64,000 nucleotides of DNA, from assembly GCF_001194135.2 (NCBI RefSeq), contig NC_068988.1, positions 68,935,345 through 68,999,344 of the forward strand, in the 5' to 3' direction. The stretch comes from Octopus bimaculoides (lineage: Eukaryota). This document shows positions 38,330 through 51,654 of this stretch, one piece after another (position 1 is the first letter of the stretch; each line of letters starts with the position of its first letter). The position numbers were made by a program, and so were the translations under genes. Under the pieces are notes generated by a model, which was not told where the DNA came from, did no database searches, and saw nothing but the letters and a program-made list of their open reading frames with translations.

Positions 38330-38770
38330 TTGAAAAGCACTTGGAGAGCGCAGACCTCCACCAAACCAGTCAGAGCAGCACTACGATGACGACGACGATG
38401 ACCACCACCACTACCACCATACCGCAATCACCACCATCACAACCACCAACATCATCAGCAGCATTGTCATTGCTTCCACTTCAACCACACACACTGCCAT
38501 CAACATTATCATGATGGTTTTCTTGACAGTCATTTTCACCACCACAACCAGTATAACCACTACAATACCATCCTCACACAACTAACACTATCATCAACAC
38601 CACTATCACCACCATCACCTCAGTATCACACATCACACTGCTCCTGTCACCATTATAACCACCGATACTATTTTATCCTCCTCCCATACTTATCTCGACC
38701 ATCATCATCATCAACATTATCTCTGCTTTCATCACAACCACCGTCAAAACTACGATCACCACAATCAGTT
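38330..38770. repeat. (ACC/ATC/ACG)-rich low-complexity trinucleotide region
   Basis: Degenerate ACC/ATC repeats producing Thr/Ser/Pro-rich ORF tails. Confidence 0.8.
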
Positions 38771-38778
38771 TCTTTACA

Positions 38779-38855
38779 CAGTTGAAAATCCATTATCTGA
38801 TACTCATTGGACCGAGATTGTTGCAGATTTTTGATTTTTCTAATTTTGGAGTGAT
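38779..38855 (+). mobile_element. Tigger/pogo-like terminal fragment
   Basis: CAGTTGAAAATCCATTATCTGATACTCATTGGACC resembles the CAGTTGAGTATCCCTTATCCGAAATGCTTGGGACC type of terminus I recall for Tigger-group elements. Confidence 0.45.
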
Positions 38856-39299
38856 TTATTAAAAAAAAAATTGCCTCTACAAAACGGAACAGTTTGAGGT
38901 TAAAAACCAAGTCTAAACACAATAGCTTATAGACATACTCTGAATGTAGTTCTATATAAATCTTTAATAATTTTTTTTTATATTTAAGACCACCAGAAAT
39001 GTTAAGATATCAGCCTCTACCCAAGTTGTCATGCTTTGATTAAAAGGTTACAGCATAGATTAGATTACTTAGATAAGTTTCGACCGAAGTTGACTCAGGC
39101 CATGTCTAATTTAATAGAACTACCTGGAAGAGATACACAGTCAGCTCTGGGGAACTGTAGCCCATTCAAGCAGAGGGTAATTGTTTTCAGAGACATATCT
39201 GGGTGTGGGTGATTTATCTGGTATTTGTTGGGATAATATTGTTCACCTTTGGTACCATCAGTGGTGAGAAGCTGCAGAGAATACTGAACGAACAAGAGA

Positions 39300-40340
39300 C
39301 AGTGACGAAAACAAACATGACAAAATGTGAACATACAAAATGCAAATGATCTACTGGTTTGTAAGACCAACTTCAGGAAACTTGAAAGCCATCTGATCAC
39401 TCATCAATATTTAGTGGGCACCCTAGCCAAATTGACTACATTCTCACTAGAAACAGAGAAAGGCAGATGCTTGTGAATGCAAAGTTCTTCCCTGATGTAG
39501 AATGTAGGTTAGTGGTTAGTGACTTCAGACTTAGGCTAGAAGGACCCAGAGACACAAAGTGATCAGGAAAAAGAGATTATGGAAGCTCAAAGATCCTTCA
39601 AATAGGCTGAGATTTAGAGATGTTCTTAATGAAGCATTTGACAAGAAAGATGAAGGGACAGAGACATACAACAGAGGACAACTTCTTACAGGATAATCTA
39701 CTGAGGGCAACAAACTAAACTGGTGTTTGGCACAAAGCTTCTGTCAGACCAATAACACAGTGGTGGAACAGTGAGGTTGAAAGGGCTACAAAAGAGATGG
39801 GTTTGGACAGATTGGAGAAATTGAGGTAGCAAAGTATCATATCAAATAGCAAAAAGAGAATCTAGGAGTCATGTTTATCTAGCTTGGGCAGAAGCATAAA
39901 GGGGGAGGTTTGCCAATGTATTATGGCATGAAGATCAGAGATTTGGGATGTTCCAAATTGCTTGACAGTGTGTCAGAGAATCGAGATATTGTGGAAGAGA
40001 AGTGCATATGGATGGATAACAGTATGTTTGCACTTAGTGATTCTGAAAAGAAAGAGGTGTGAAAGACCTACTATGAAAGGCTGTTGAATGTGAAGAATGA
40101 ACTGGAAAAAAGGGAGTGAAGCCAATGGAGGGACCAGCTATCCTAGTTGACAGCAGTATGCCATAAAGTTTACATACACATGGGAAATCTCAAATGTGCC
40201 AGAGGCTTTCTAGAGGGAATGGATAATTTTTGTTGTCTAAGTGATCTAATTAGCAGTGGAAGAGGATGTACTGAAAGTATAATGGCTAGAATAAGAATAG
40301 ATGTAGAAAGTTCAGAGTGCTGAACCTCTGTTGGCAACCA

Positions 40341-40431
<91 letters not shown>

Positions 40432-40710
40432 CTGAGTGAAAGAAGGTTGTATAAATCTATGTGTACAAATAGCAATGCAATAATGTAATGAAACATCGTC
40501 CTTGAATGGAGAGAATATGTGAAATCTAGAGTGGAATGAAGCTCTACTGGATGTGCAATGTCAGTTTTTGAATGTTGGCACTTGGAAAGGACATCCAGCC
40601 ATAAAAAAACCTGCCAAAGTTGACACCAGAGCTTGACGCAGCCCTGTGGTTAGTTGGATCCTTTCAAACTGTCCAACCCATTCCAGCATGGAAAACAAAT
40701 CTTAGGTGGT
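39300..40710 (+). mobile_element. Fragmented RTE-clade LINE (endonuclease end, linker, 3' UTR)
   Basis: NDLLVCKTNFRK...HLIT...SQIDYILTR (APE C-terminal IDY motif), WWNSEV and YERLLNV-like linker, interrupted by (CT)n(CTAT)n, V-domain-like UTR at 40570-40710. Confidence 0.72.
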
Positions 40711-41712
40711 GGTTGGTGGTATATAAGTTATTATTTTGATATTGATCAATATCATTTGTTTGTAAACTAAATTTTTATTAAATTTCATTAAAGTACACTT
40801 TATACAGAACCCACAATATTTTCTCAAGATCTTGGAGTTCCTTGGAACTTATTTTGAGATACACTATCCCAGGCTACAAACCAAAATAATTCCATTTCTA
40901 TTGACCTGAATTTAATGATGACAAGCAGTTTTTCCTTTGCATTATAAATATATTTGACTGAGTCTTCTTGGCAGTATTTTGATTACTTACAGAATATTCA
41001 AATGTTTACTTTACATTACATCTTAGCACACCCTTGATAAAAGCAAATTTATTTATTGCTTGTTTCTTTCAGCCATTTTATTATAACAATTTCTTGTATT
41101 CTGCGTTCCAGCAAATGTAGGATTTGTTAAATGTCTTTCCTGGTTCCTACATGTCTTTGGCTACAGATGTCAATGTCACAGTTGACATCTCCAGTTTCCT
41201 TTATGTCCAAATGTTGTTGGTGCAAGCAGATTTATTGAATTAGAAAGGCGGTCATTTTATTGAGTTTTATCCACCTTGAGACTTCTCACAGTATTTCAGT
41301 GTCCTGAAAAGTTCTCGTATTGTCAAACTAGCATTTTCAACATTGAAACATTTCATTTCAATATTTCAAGAGAGACTCTTAAGTTGGCACTTTAGAATTT
41401 TCTATCTGTAAGAGGAATGATCCTTCATCCTGGTGAAATTATTGTCATCATGGGGCTTTGCTCTAAATTTTCATGATATTTTAATACAAAGCAAAGTTTT
41501 CGGGGTTTTTTTTAATGGAATCCTCTACATGGTATGATAAGGGATCTTATGTAAGTATCTCTCTGTTATGCAACTAAAACACTACCACTATTTCTTATTA
41601 CCTTTCACACCCTCCTTTCATAACTCACACATCAAACTGCCTTTTCTACCAACTATTACCCTGAAGCAATAAAAATACGTGTGTGTGTGGGGGTGGGGGT
41701 GGGGGGTGCGTG

Positions 41713-41773
<61 letters not shown>

Positions 41774-43329
41774 GAAAGAGAGAAAGAGAGCGAGAGTAGT
41801 TTACTGGCAGCTGAGAGTCTTCCGGTTGTATTGTTACTTGACCATTCTTTCCCCCATGTCAGGTGACTTCAATGCATGTCACTAATCTCAGATAGCTTCT
41901 ACATGGTTATGCAACCTACTAGAAATAAGTCAAATCTCCTTCAAATCACACTCTTCTATGTTAAAAGGACATATGCAGTTTCACTTTAAAAAAAGGTGGG
42001 TAACCATTGGCTAGAATGCCTTCCATCATAACTGTTTGATCAGGGCTAATCAGGGTCTCCTCCTCCACCACAACCATTACCATAATAACAACAACAACAA
42101 CAACAACAACAATGGCAGCAATTGCATTATTTTTAAATCACACCCTATCATTGTAAATTAGACACTAACGTTTCTCCTGATATTTTTTCTGCTCTCATTG
42201 AAATTCACAAAAGCATAATTTGCTATATTTTCACACAACTCCATCTTTATTAAACAACAATAATGCAAAAAACCTATTACTCTAATTTCTATATTTAGTA
42301 GAACACTAAACTATATTTATTGCAATATTTATAACTGTCATTTTTTTCAAATTATACTTGGTGCAACTTTATTTTTCTGGTTAGTGTCAATAAAATCAGC
42401 AATTTAAATAAAGTAGAGTTCATTCAGTCAATTATATTATTCTGGCAAAACAATTAGTACTTTTGTAACCTAATTAAGACATGAATGAAGTGATATTAAA
42501 ATGAATCAACACAAAAAGTAAAAAAGACAGTGACAATTTGAGATTAAACACATTTCTTAACTGTTTCTTCTTAGACTGCTTCTCACTAGAATTCTCACAC
42601 CATGCACATTTTCATGTGAACATCAGTAATATTGGTTTCAAATTTTGGCACAAGGCCAGCAATTTTATGGGATGAGGTTAGTTGATTACGAAAGGATGGA
42701 AGGCAAAGTCGACATCAGCAGAATTTGAACTCAGAACTTAAAGACAGATGAAATGCCACTAAGCATTTTGCTTGGCATGGTAATGATTCTGTCAGACCAC
42801 CACCTTAAAACATCTGTAATATTGGGATTATCAATGTGAGGTGGCCTACAAAGGCCAAGGAATTATATCTCCTCCTGTGAATAATTAACACAAGGAATTA
42901 TTTCTGTTGGGTAAAACTAAAGATTCTTCACTCAGATTGCTTTCCTAATGTTTCTACAAGCCACATACTTCAACAATAACAATTATGAGATGAGGGAGCC
43001 ACTAGCTGGTGGTCTGACTTTCTTGAAATAGAAATTAAATTTCCTTCAAATCACATTTTACCAACTCATAGTAGGACATATTAGACAATGCAGTCATAGA
43101 TACAGTTTTGATAAAAGAAACAAGATGATCACAGCTACAGCACATTAATCATGTCTTTTTGGATCAGGGGTGATCTGGAGTTAAACAACAACAACATCAG
43201 TAATATTAGCAATGCTATCACTAATTATAAGAAAGTTGATATTATGCAAACTGCATTGATATGTCTCTTGCTTGTTTGCTAAAGTAAGATGACAGAGGAC
43301 CAAAATATGTAATTCATTGCTGCACTTGA

Positions 43330-43635
43330 GAAGACCTACCCACCATGATAGAATTCAGATTTTAAAAACCAAGGTGCCATGTAAAAAGCATGGGTGCTGG
43401 TTCCATTTAAAAAGCACTGGTGCTGGTGCCACATGAAAACCACTGGCGATGGTGCCATGTAAAAGCACCTAGCACACTTTGTGGAGTGGTTGACATTATG
43501 AAGGGCATCCAGCCATAAAAACTGAGCTAAAACAGACTAAGGGACCTGGTGTGGCCCCTATCCTTGACAGCTCCTGCCAAGCCATCCAACCCATGCCAGC
43601 ATAGAAAACAGAAGTTAAATGTTGAGGATCATGAT
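43330..43635 (+). mobile_element. RTE 3' UTR fragment with ~27 bp tandem units
   Basis: GGTGCCATGTAAAAAGCA-type units repeated about four times before the V-domain-like motif. Confidence 0.7.
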
Positions 43636-44129
43636 CAGGAAATAGCTGATGCCTTTTATTGTGGTACCAGCAAGAGATTCCCCTGTACCTTCTTAGATAG
43701 AAGAGGATCTTCATTGCTCCATGTTGTCTCTATTTGTTCAGAAGTAGGAGAGAGAGAGAGAGCATTTACAGATGATGTACTAGAAGGAAAGTAAGAATAA
43801 AAAATAAGATCAGGAAAGCAAAGTGACTGATTTTATATTGAGGTAGAGAAGAAAGGAATGGGAGAAACAATGCTAGAGATGGGATAAAATTGAGAAAAAT
43901 CATTTTCTGTTTTTGCTCTTTCTAGAGCAGTTCCAAGGTGGCAGATTTACCAGATAGAATGCCTCACTGTATTTATTCCAGCTTTCAGAAGTCTTAATTA
44001 AATCCCACTGAAGTACACTTTAGTTTTTATCATTAAAGGGTTGAGAAATAAACTACAAATGAAGTACTTGGAGTGATTCGGCCTTTCCTCTCTCATGGAC
44101 TCTCTTGCTCTCTCTCTCTCTCTCTCTCA

Positions 44130-44265
44130 CTCACACACACACACACACACGCACAACACAACACACGCACAACACAACACAACACAACACACCACACCAC
44201 ACCACACCACAACACAACACAACACAACACAACACAACACAACACAACACAACACAACACAACAC

Positions 44266-44300
<35 letters not shown>
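44130..44300. repeat. Compound (CA)n-(CAACA)n-(CACCA)n microsatellite
   Basis: Direct reading. Confidence 0.95.
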
Positions 44301-44305
<5 letters not shown>

Positions 44306-44480
44306 GCAAGCTGGCAGAAACGTTAACACGCTGGGCGAAATGCTTAGCGGTATTTCTTCTGCCTCTTACATTCTGAGTTCAAATTCCGCCGAGGTCGACT
44401 TTGCCTTTCATCCTTTCGAGATCGATAAATTAAGTACCAGTTACGCACTAGGGTCGACATAATCGACTTAATCCCTTTGA
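44300..44480 (+). mobile_element. Young tRNA-derived SINE, Meta-domain-like
   Basis: GGTGGCAAGCTGGCAGAA head, GAGTTCAAATTCC B box, GCCTTTCATCCTTTCGAGATCGATAAATTAAGTACCAG domain; CpGs retained. Confidence 0.82.
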
Positions 44481-44959
44481 TATCTTTGGTCATAGATTTT
44501 CTCATTCGGGATGGTGCTAAACAACAACAATATTCTCAAACATACCTCATTTTTTGTTGCTTGCCTCTTCTCCACTGTTTCTCATCTCCAGAATTCAAAT
44601 TAAACATTTCATAGTTTAGTTCTTTATCCAAGCTCTTGCTCTAATTCTATACTAGATGATTTCCTGCCAGATTTTGCTTGTTTCATCCCAACATTGTAGT
44701 CCAAGAAGACCAAAGAAGCTGGAAGCACACTTTCAAGCTTCCCTGCCTCTTTCAGAGATTAATTAACTTATACCCATTATTAATCTAAGACAGAGTCCTT
44801 ATATAATCCTCATGCAATTTTAAATTTGCGTAACTTTTGATGGAATTTGTGAAAAAATATTAATCGAAATATTTTTCATTCTTTTGTTTTTTTGATGCTG
44901 TTGTTTGAGTAAGAAAGATGCAACAGGCTTTTACATGAAGAATTCTTTCATATTCCTGT

Positions 44960-45405
44960 GCAGGTGGCACATAAAATACATCGTTGCCAGAGCACTAGCT
45001 GTCTGGCTTCTGTGCCGGGGGCACGTAAATAGCACCATTTGAGCATGATCGTTACCAACGTTGCCTTCTTGGCACTTGTGCCAGTGGCATGTGAAAAGGC
45101 ATTCGAGCGAGTTTGTTGCCAGTGCTGCTGGACTGGCTCCTGTGCAGGTGACACGTAAAATACACCATTTCAAGCGTGGCCATTGCCAGTACCTCCTGAC
45201 TGGCCTTCGTGCCAGGTGACACGTAAAAGCACCCACTACACACTTGGAGTGGTTGGCGTTAGGAAGGGCATCCAGCTGTAGAAACATTGCCGGATCAGAT
45301 TGGAGCCTGGTGTAGCCATCTTGTTCAGCAGTCCTCAGTCAAATCGTCCAACCCATGCTAGCATGGAAAGCGGACGTTAAATCATGATGATGATGATGAT
45401 GATGT
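44960..45405 (+). mobile_element. RTE-tail element with expanded internal minisatellite
   Basis: About five GTGCC-GGTGGCACGTAAAA-type units of ~50-70 bp, then V-domain-like motif and (GAT)n. Confidence 0.8.
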
Positions 45406-46324
45406 AGTGCTAATGTTACAAAAATGTTTAATTTGAAGCAGAACAAAGACTTCATTTATAATGACACTGTATATTTGAACTGTTGAGGCAGCTAGCTAAT
45501 AGCAGAGATGTTCAGAAAATTGTTCTTAAACAAAACTCTTAATTTTCCTTACATTGCAGTATAAAAGAGGTTTCTATATAAGTAGCCAGCAACATTATTA
45601 GTTATTGGCAACAGTTGTCTTTGCAAATATATGAACTGCATTGATTCTTTAACTTTTGGAATAGCTGATATTGCAAGAGAAAATTAATTTTCTTTTATAT
45701 ATTTTTCATGTGTAATACTATTTTTTGGTTTCTATTCTTTGTGGCTTAATCAAGATAAGAAGAAATGCTCCATTTCCTATATGAAGTATTACTAGTATTT
45801 TTCTAACATTCTGGATTTAAGCACATTGACGCAACCATACATGTGTCCACGTAAGATGCATGTATAACATAGATATATGAATATATAAAGACCTTCATGC
45901 ACACAATATAATCTTCAGCATCATTTTTATTACTAATAACAGCAACAACATTATAATCCTCAGCAATTCTTCTTTGGCGACATGGCTAAGATAATATATA
46001 TATGCAAATAAAATGAGATTGTAGATAGTTAGAAACACTACTTGACAAAATCACCATCATCTTATGCTGAAATTCACAAAGAAAAGAAGCTAAGAGGTTA
46101 ACTAAGGATGTTTTATTAGCTGCAAAATACATCCCAAGTGAAATGAAATATGATAGTGACCTGGGGTTAACAGTTAAACAATGTAAAATCTAGCAATTTG
46201 GTTACAACATCATACAAAATCTGTTACAATAGGATTCTCATATTTACAACAAATGCACGTCATTTCCATGAAATTTTCTGATTATGAAATTGAGAAAACT
46301 TGTGTGCATGTGCATGTGCATGTG

Positions 46325-46390
<66 letters not shown>

Positions 46391-47749
46391 CCCCAATGAA
46401 GTCAATTCAATGTTGAGCACTTTGAGGTAATTTTTGTCTCATAAGATAGTTTTATCCAGTTAGATATAAAATGTAGCTGTTTTACAGTACCTTAATCTAT
46501 TCCTGTAATTGTGTGTGTGTGTGTGTGTGTGTGTGAGCCAAATCTATATGCATATGTGTGTTTTTGTATATGCACATATGTATACAGAAAAGGAGAGAGA
46601 GAGAGAAAATTGGAGAAACATACAGAGACTGTAAATCTCAAAAATATTTACATATATATTAGCAGAAATCACACAGATGCACCTATAAATTAGATATATA
46701 CACAAATACAAATAACTCTCTCACTCTTATGAACCAACAGTTATATGCACATTGTTAGAACTGGCACATAGAGAAACATATATGGGTGCATGCATGTGCA
46801 CACATTCTGATAAAAGTTGCTAAAAAATGGAAATTTGTGGCTGTAAAGTTAAGAAAAATTTGTACATAAGATGGGAAGGAACCTACTTGTTTGTTATTTT
46901 GATGATTATTATTTCACTTATGCTGTAGGGCATTGTGATCAAGTACTTGCCAAACAATATCACAAGCTAGATGGTCATTAAGATTTCCTTAATAACCATA
47001 TAGCCTACAGTATCCAATTACATTTCAATATGAATACAAATCTAATCAAATATGAATGAAATATAGATTTGAGTGCACTTTCATAATCATAATGATCATC
47101 ATCCTTTTAATGTTAACTTTCTATCTGAATGCACTTTGTGCATTCATATTTGAGTGCACTTCTGTCTTTGTGCATTCCAATTAGTGTATTTTTTAAAAAT
47201 GAGTTGTATATTCTTAATAATTTATTAATTATGAAAGATATCTTGGAGAGTAAAAGAAGAGAAAGGATAAAAACCTAAAGGAATGTGGATTCTGATCTAT
47301 GAAGTAACACCTGGTTTTGTGGAATGTCTAAGTTCCATCATAAAGCTTCATTCTGAATTAATAACTAATACTTGACTGAGTCATGTTGGTTTCTTTGTTA
47401 AGGTAACATATTCCTGATCCTTGAGTCAGCTTCCATGTATTATAATAGATGATGACAACAATTCTTAATTCTGCTAGCTTAAAGTTTTCTTTCTGACTAA
47501 AAAATGACAATTAATTATGCACATGTTTACATATCCATAATGTACAAATACAAAGATATTTAATTCAATTAAAAGAAAGCACATTGAAGAAATTACCAAA
47601 ATTTGCAAAAAATTTATTCCTCCCTTTTTTAATGTGCCTCTCATTTTAATTGGAATAATAATCTTAGACATATAATCCTTTATCGTATGTTAAATGAAAT
47701 TATTAAAGCAAATTCAATTCTTAATTAAAATTTGTTCATTTTATTGTAG

Positions 47750-47786
47750 CTGCTAAAGACATAGCTTTCTGGAAAATCAATGACAT
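47750..47786 (+). CDS. Candidate 37 nt exon (AKDIAFWKIND)
   Basis: Acceptor tttgttcattttattgtag, donor gtaaaa; phase 1 to 2; unlinked. Confidence 0.2.
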
Positions 47787-49561
47787 GTAAAAATATTTTT
47801 TGTTTCTTAGCATATCATGTGATTAGTGAAAAGAAAATGAATTGTTTTAAATGATTGATTTTTTATATAGGTATAGGTTTGGTACCAGTTACTGCATATA
47901 AGTGGTTCATTAATTTACTGATTCAGTTAGTATAAAACAAAGAGGAAAGCAAATTTGACTTTGGCAGGAATTGAATTCAAAATGCAGAGAGCTCCAGTTA
48001 AACTAAGGAAAACATTTTGTTCAATGCTTTAACAATTCTGCTGATCTACTGACCTTGTTTACTAATTTTTGATGATTTGTGAAGCTCTTAAATTGTAGAG
48101 GCTAACTGGGGATAGGCCATAGGTTTAAGTTCAGGCTTTAAAAGCTGGATATCCCTAGCCAAATAGTGGCAGGTTTTGATTAGTCATAGGATGCATTTAT
48201 TAACAGTAACAAAGCAAGATTTGAATCTTCTTAGATTTCTACATTAGTAGTCTAAACAATACATTGCTGACATATGTTGAGGTTTTATGCATCACTGCAT
48301 TTAAAAAAAATGTTTAGTTTGGAGAAAACGGCTCTCAATGGCCTTTGCACTCAATTTGAGACCAGAAGTGTTAAAACTGTAGTATGTTGGTGAGTATTAG
48401 GATGGAATGGCTGACATTCGAGAAAGAAAGGACTTGGGATAGAGGTTTGTACAAGACCTGGAGAAATGGGTTAGATACAATCAAAATGATGAAAGAAAGA
48501 AAGAAAAGTGAGTCATGAGAACCTGAGTGGAGGTGTCACTTGATCAGCAATCTATGAGAAGCAGAGATTATTGTAGAAGAAGTAGAAAAGATAAAGGGAG
48601 ATGACTGCATGTCTGTGGGTCTAAAACCAGAGTGTATTAGTGAATGATTGCAGGCCAATCAGTTGGGCAGACTTTTTTGAATATTGTCTGAGTTGTCTGT
48701 GTGTATAAAATCAGTTCTGTCATCTCCATCCCAAGTGTGGAAACATTACACTACTATGAATTTAATCTGAGCTGTGACATGTCTATGGGGGGAAAAAAAG
48801 AACATCTTTAACTCCCAGATACTAAATGGTGAAGCTGCAAATAACCACGATGAGGAAACAGTTTCATAAGTATAATTATTCTGATGTGCTACAATGTGTA
48901 GTTAATGAAATGCAGGATTGAAATATTTCAACTAGCAGGGGAAACCAGTAGGGAGAGAAGAAAAAGCTGTAAGAAGATCAAAAAATTAATGACCCAATCA
49001 ACCAATATTTTAAAAATCTACATGACCTTATTCTTCTATCATAGGCCAATACTTTCTAAATCCTGCAAAATTTAATAATTTGCAATTGAATATATCTTTT
49101 TTAAGAGTCAGCTTTTTGGTAGCTTCCTAAAACCTTAATTTCTCATACCTCTTTAGAAATGCAACCAAATTCTCTAAGCAAGGGACATTTCAAAATAAAC
49201 TAAATAAATATAATTCAGGAGTTATGTTGAAATAAAGTTGTGATATAAAATGCTGACAGTATTAATATAATTATGAAGTGGAGTAAAAATTACATTTGCA
49301 ATGAGAAGCCTTTACTTCACAATTTCTCATTGTTCAACTAATGCCAAAAGATATGTTTAAAAATTAAAGACATTGTACTATGCAAGAATTCCCATGGCTT
49401 ATGTGTGTATGGAAATCTATTGAACTATTGTTTAAATAGTGAAAGCGCTTCAAATTTAACCTCTAGGTATTATTAAAAGTAAAATTCAACCAAGTAAACG
49501 TACACATATGTGCAGACACTCATATATTATGTGTCTATGTATGTATGTGTATGTGTGTGTG

Positions 49562-49610
<49 letters not shown>

Positions 49611-49859
49611 TGTATGTATGTATGAATGCATGTATATATATATACATAATGCAAAGCATACACTTCTCTTTCTCATGTAATATTAACTTGATTATGTTCT
49701 TTTCCTTTGCACAGCTAAAAGGCGACACCAAAAAAAAAAAAATATTAATTCTCAATAAATCATTGGATCATTTTTGATGGCAAATTTTGCAACATTGACT
49801 TGACTTGTTTCAGTATTTTTTTAACTCTGTTGAACCATCATGCTTTTTCTTTTAATGCA

Positions 49860-50144
49860 ACATATGCACACAACATATGTATATATACATGAGCATATGT
49901 GTGTGTTTATACATATATATGCGTGTGAATATATATGATATATATATATATATATTTGTGTGTATATATATGATATATATATATATGTATATATGATATA
50001 TATATATATATGTGTGTGTATATATATGATATATATATATATATGTATATATGATATATATGTATATGTATATATGATATATATATATATGTATATATGA
50101 TATATATATATATGTATATGTGTGTATGCATATATATGTGTGTT

Positions 50145-50184
<40 letters not shown>

Positions 50185-50185
50185 T
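49860..50185. repeat. Complex (TA)n-derived satellite
   Basis: Repeating ATATATATGTATATATG-type units. Confidence 0.9.
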
Positions 50186-51163
50186 GTAGACTAGAATAGT
50201 TTTAAAATCTTTACTCATTGCTCTTCTAGTAAAGACTTTTAAANNNNNNNNNNNNNNNNNNNNNNNNNNNNNNNNNNNNNNNNNNNNNNNNNNNNNNNNN
50301 NNNNNNNNNNNNNNNNNNNNNNNNNNNNNNNNNNNNNNNNNNNNNNNNNNNNNNNNNNNNNNNNNNNNNNNNNNNNNNNNNNNNNNNNNNNNNNNNNNNN
50401 NNNNNNNNNNNNNNNNNNNNNNNNNNNNNNNNNNNNNNNNNNNNNNNNNNNNNNNNNNNNNNNNNNNNNNNNNNNNNNNNNNNNNNNNNNNNNNNNNNNN
50501 NNNNNNNNNNNNNNNNNNNNNNNNNNNNNNNNNNNNNNNNNNNNNNNNNNNNNNNNNNNNNNNNNNNNNNNNNNNNNNNNNNNNNNNNNNNNNNNNNNNN
50601 NNNNNNNNNNNNNNNNNNNNNNNNNNNNNNNNNNNNNNNNNNNNNNNNNNNNNNNNNNNNNNNNNNNNNNNNNNNNNNNNNNNNNNNNNNNNNNNNNNNN
50701 NNNNNNNNNNNNNNNNNNNNNNNNNNNNNNNNNNNNNNNNNNNNNNNNNNNNNNNNNNNNNNNNNNNNNNNNNNNNNNNNNNNNNNNNNNNNNNNNNNNN
50801 NNNNNNNNNNNNNNNNNNNNNNNNNNNNNNNNNNNNNNNNNNNNNNNNNNNNNNNNNNNNNNNNNNNNNNNNNNNNNNNNNNNNNNNNNNNNNNNNNNNN
50901 NNNNNNNNNNNNNNNNNNNNNNNNNNNNNNNNNNNNNNNNNNNNNNNNNNNNNNNNNNNAACCACTTTACTTTAAATTGGCACTAATAATCAGTTTCTGC
51001 TAGCTAGAAAGGAAGAGATTAATAAATATCTTGCCCAAGGAAGTAAAATATCAGCAACAATATTTTTTCTGTCATATCTTCATATTGCATTTGATCCACC
51101 AGGTTATACATTACATGTATAATAATTATCAATGAATCCTTCAACATACATTTGTACAGACAT

Positions 51164-51231
<68 letters not shown>

Positions 51232-51475
51232 TAGACAGATAGATAGATAGATAGATATCTTTTATTTTTGTTTCCGTCATTTGACTGTAGTCATGTTGGG
51301 GCAGTGCCTTGAAGAGCTTTTTAGTCAAACAAATTGACCTTATTTTTTAAGCCTGGTGCTTATTCTATTGATATCTTTTGCCAAAACCAACAAGTTAAGA
51401 GGGCATAAACACACTAACACCAGTTGTCAAGCAGTGGTGAGGGGACAAACACAGACAGAAAGCAGAAAGACATAC

Positions 51476-51654
51476 AGGAATAATGGTACACTCCTCCCAC
51501 ATGACAACTGGTATGACATAGTCACTATAAATAGGTGAGTATGAGACAGTACATAGCAGACAGTCAGAGATAGATGTGGCTTTACTGGTTTTACTAAGTA
51601 TACTGTATAGTGAAGTGGGCATTATAACAATCCAACATTTTAAAGATTATAACA
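51476..51654 (+). repeat. 5' LTR (5'-truncated)
   Basis: Direct repeat of ~54301-54489, ends ...TATAACA, contains TATAAATA; followed by PBS-like TGGCAATGAGGA. Confidence 0.85.

Noticed and set aside
38056-38514. 152 aa ORF with Thr/Ser/Pro-rich, mucin-like tail
   Set aside because: Transposase remnant reading through into ACC/ATC low-complexity DNA.
45931-45990. Peptide YNPQQFFFGDM resembling substance P / tachykinin
   Set aside because: Lacks the FxGLM-amide motif, Gly amidation donor and dibasic sites; likely coincidence.
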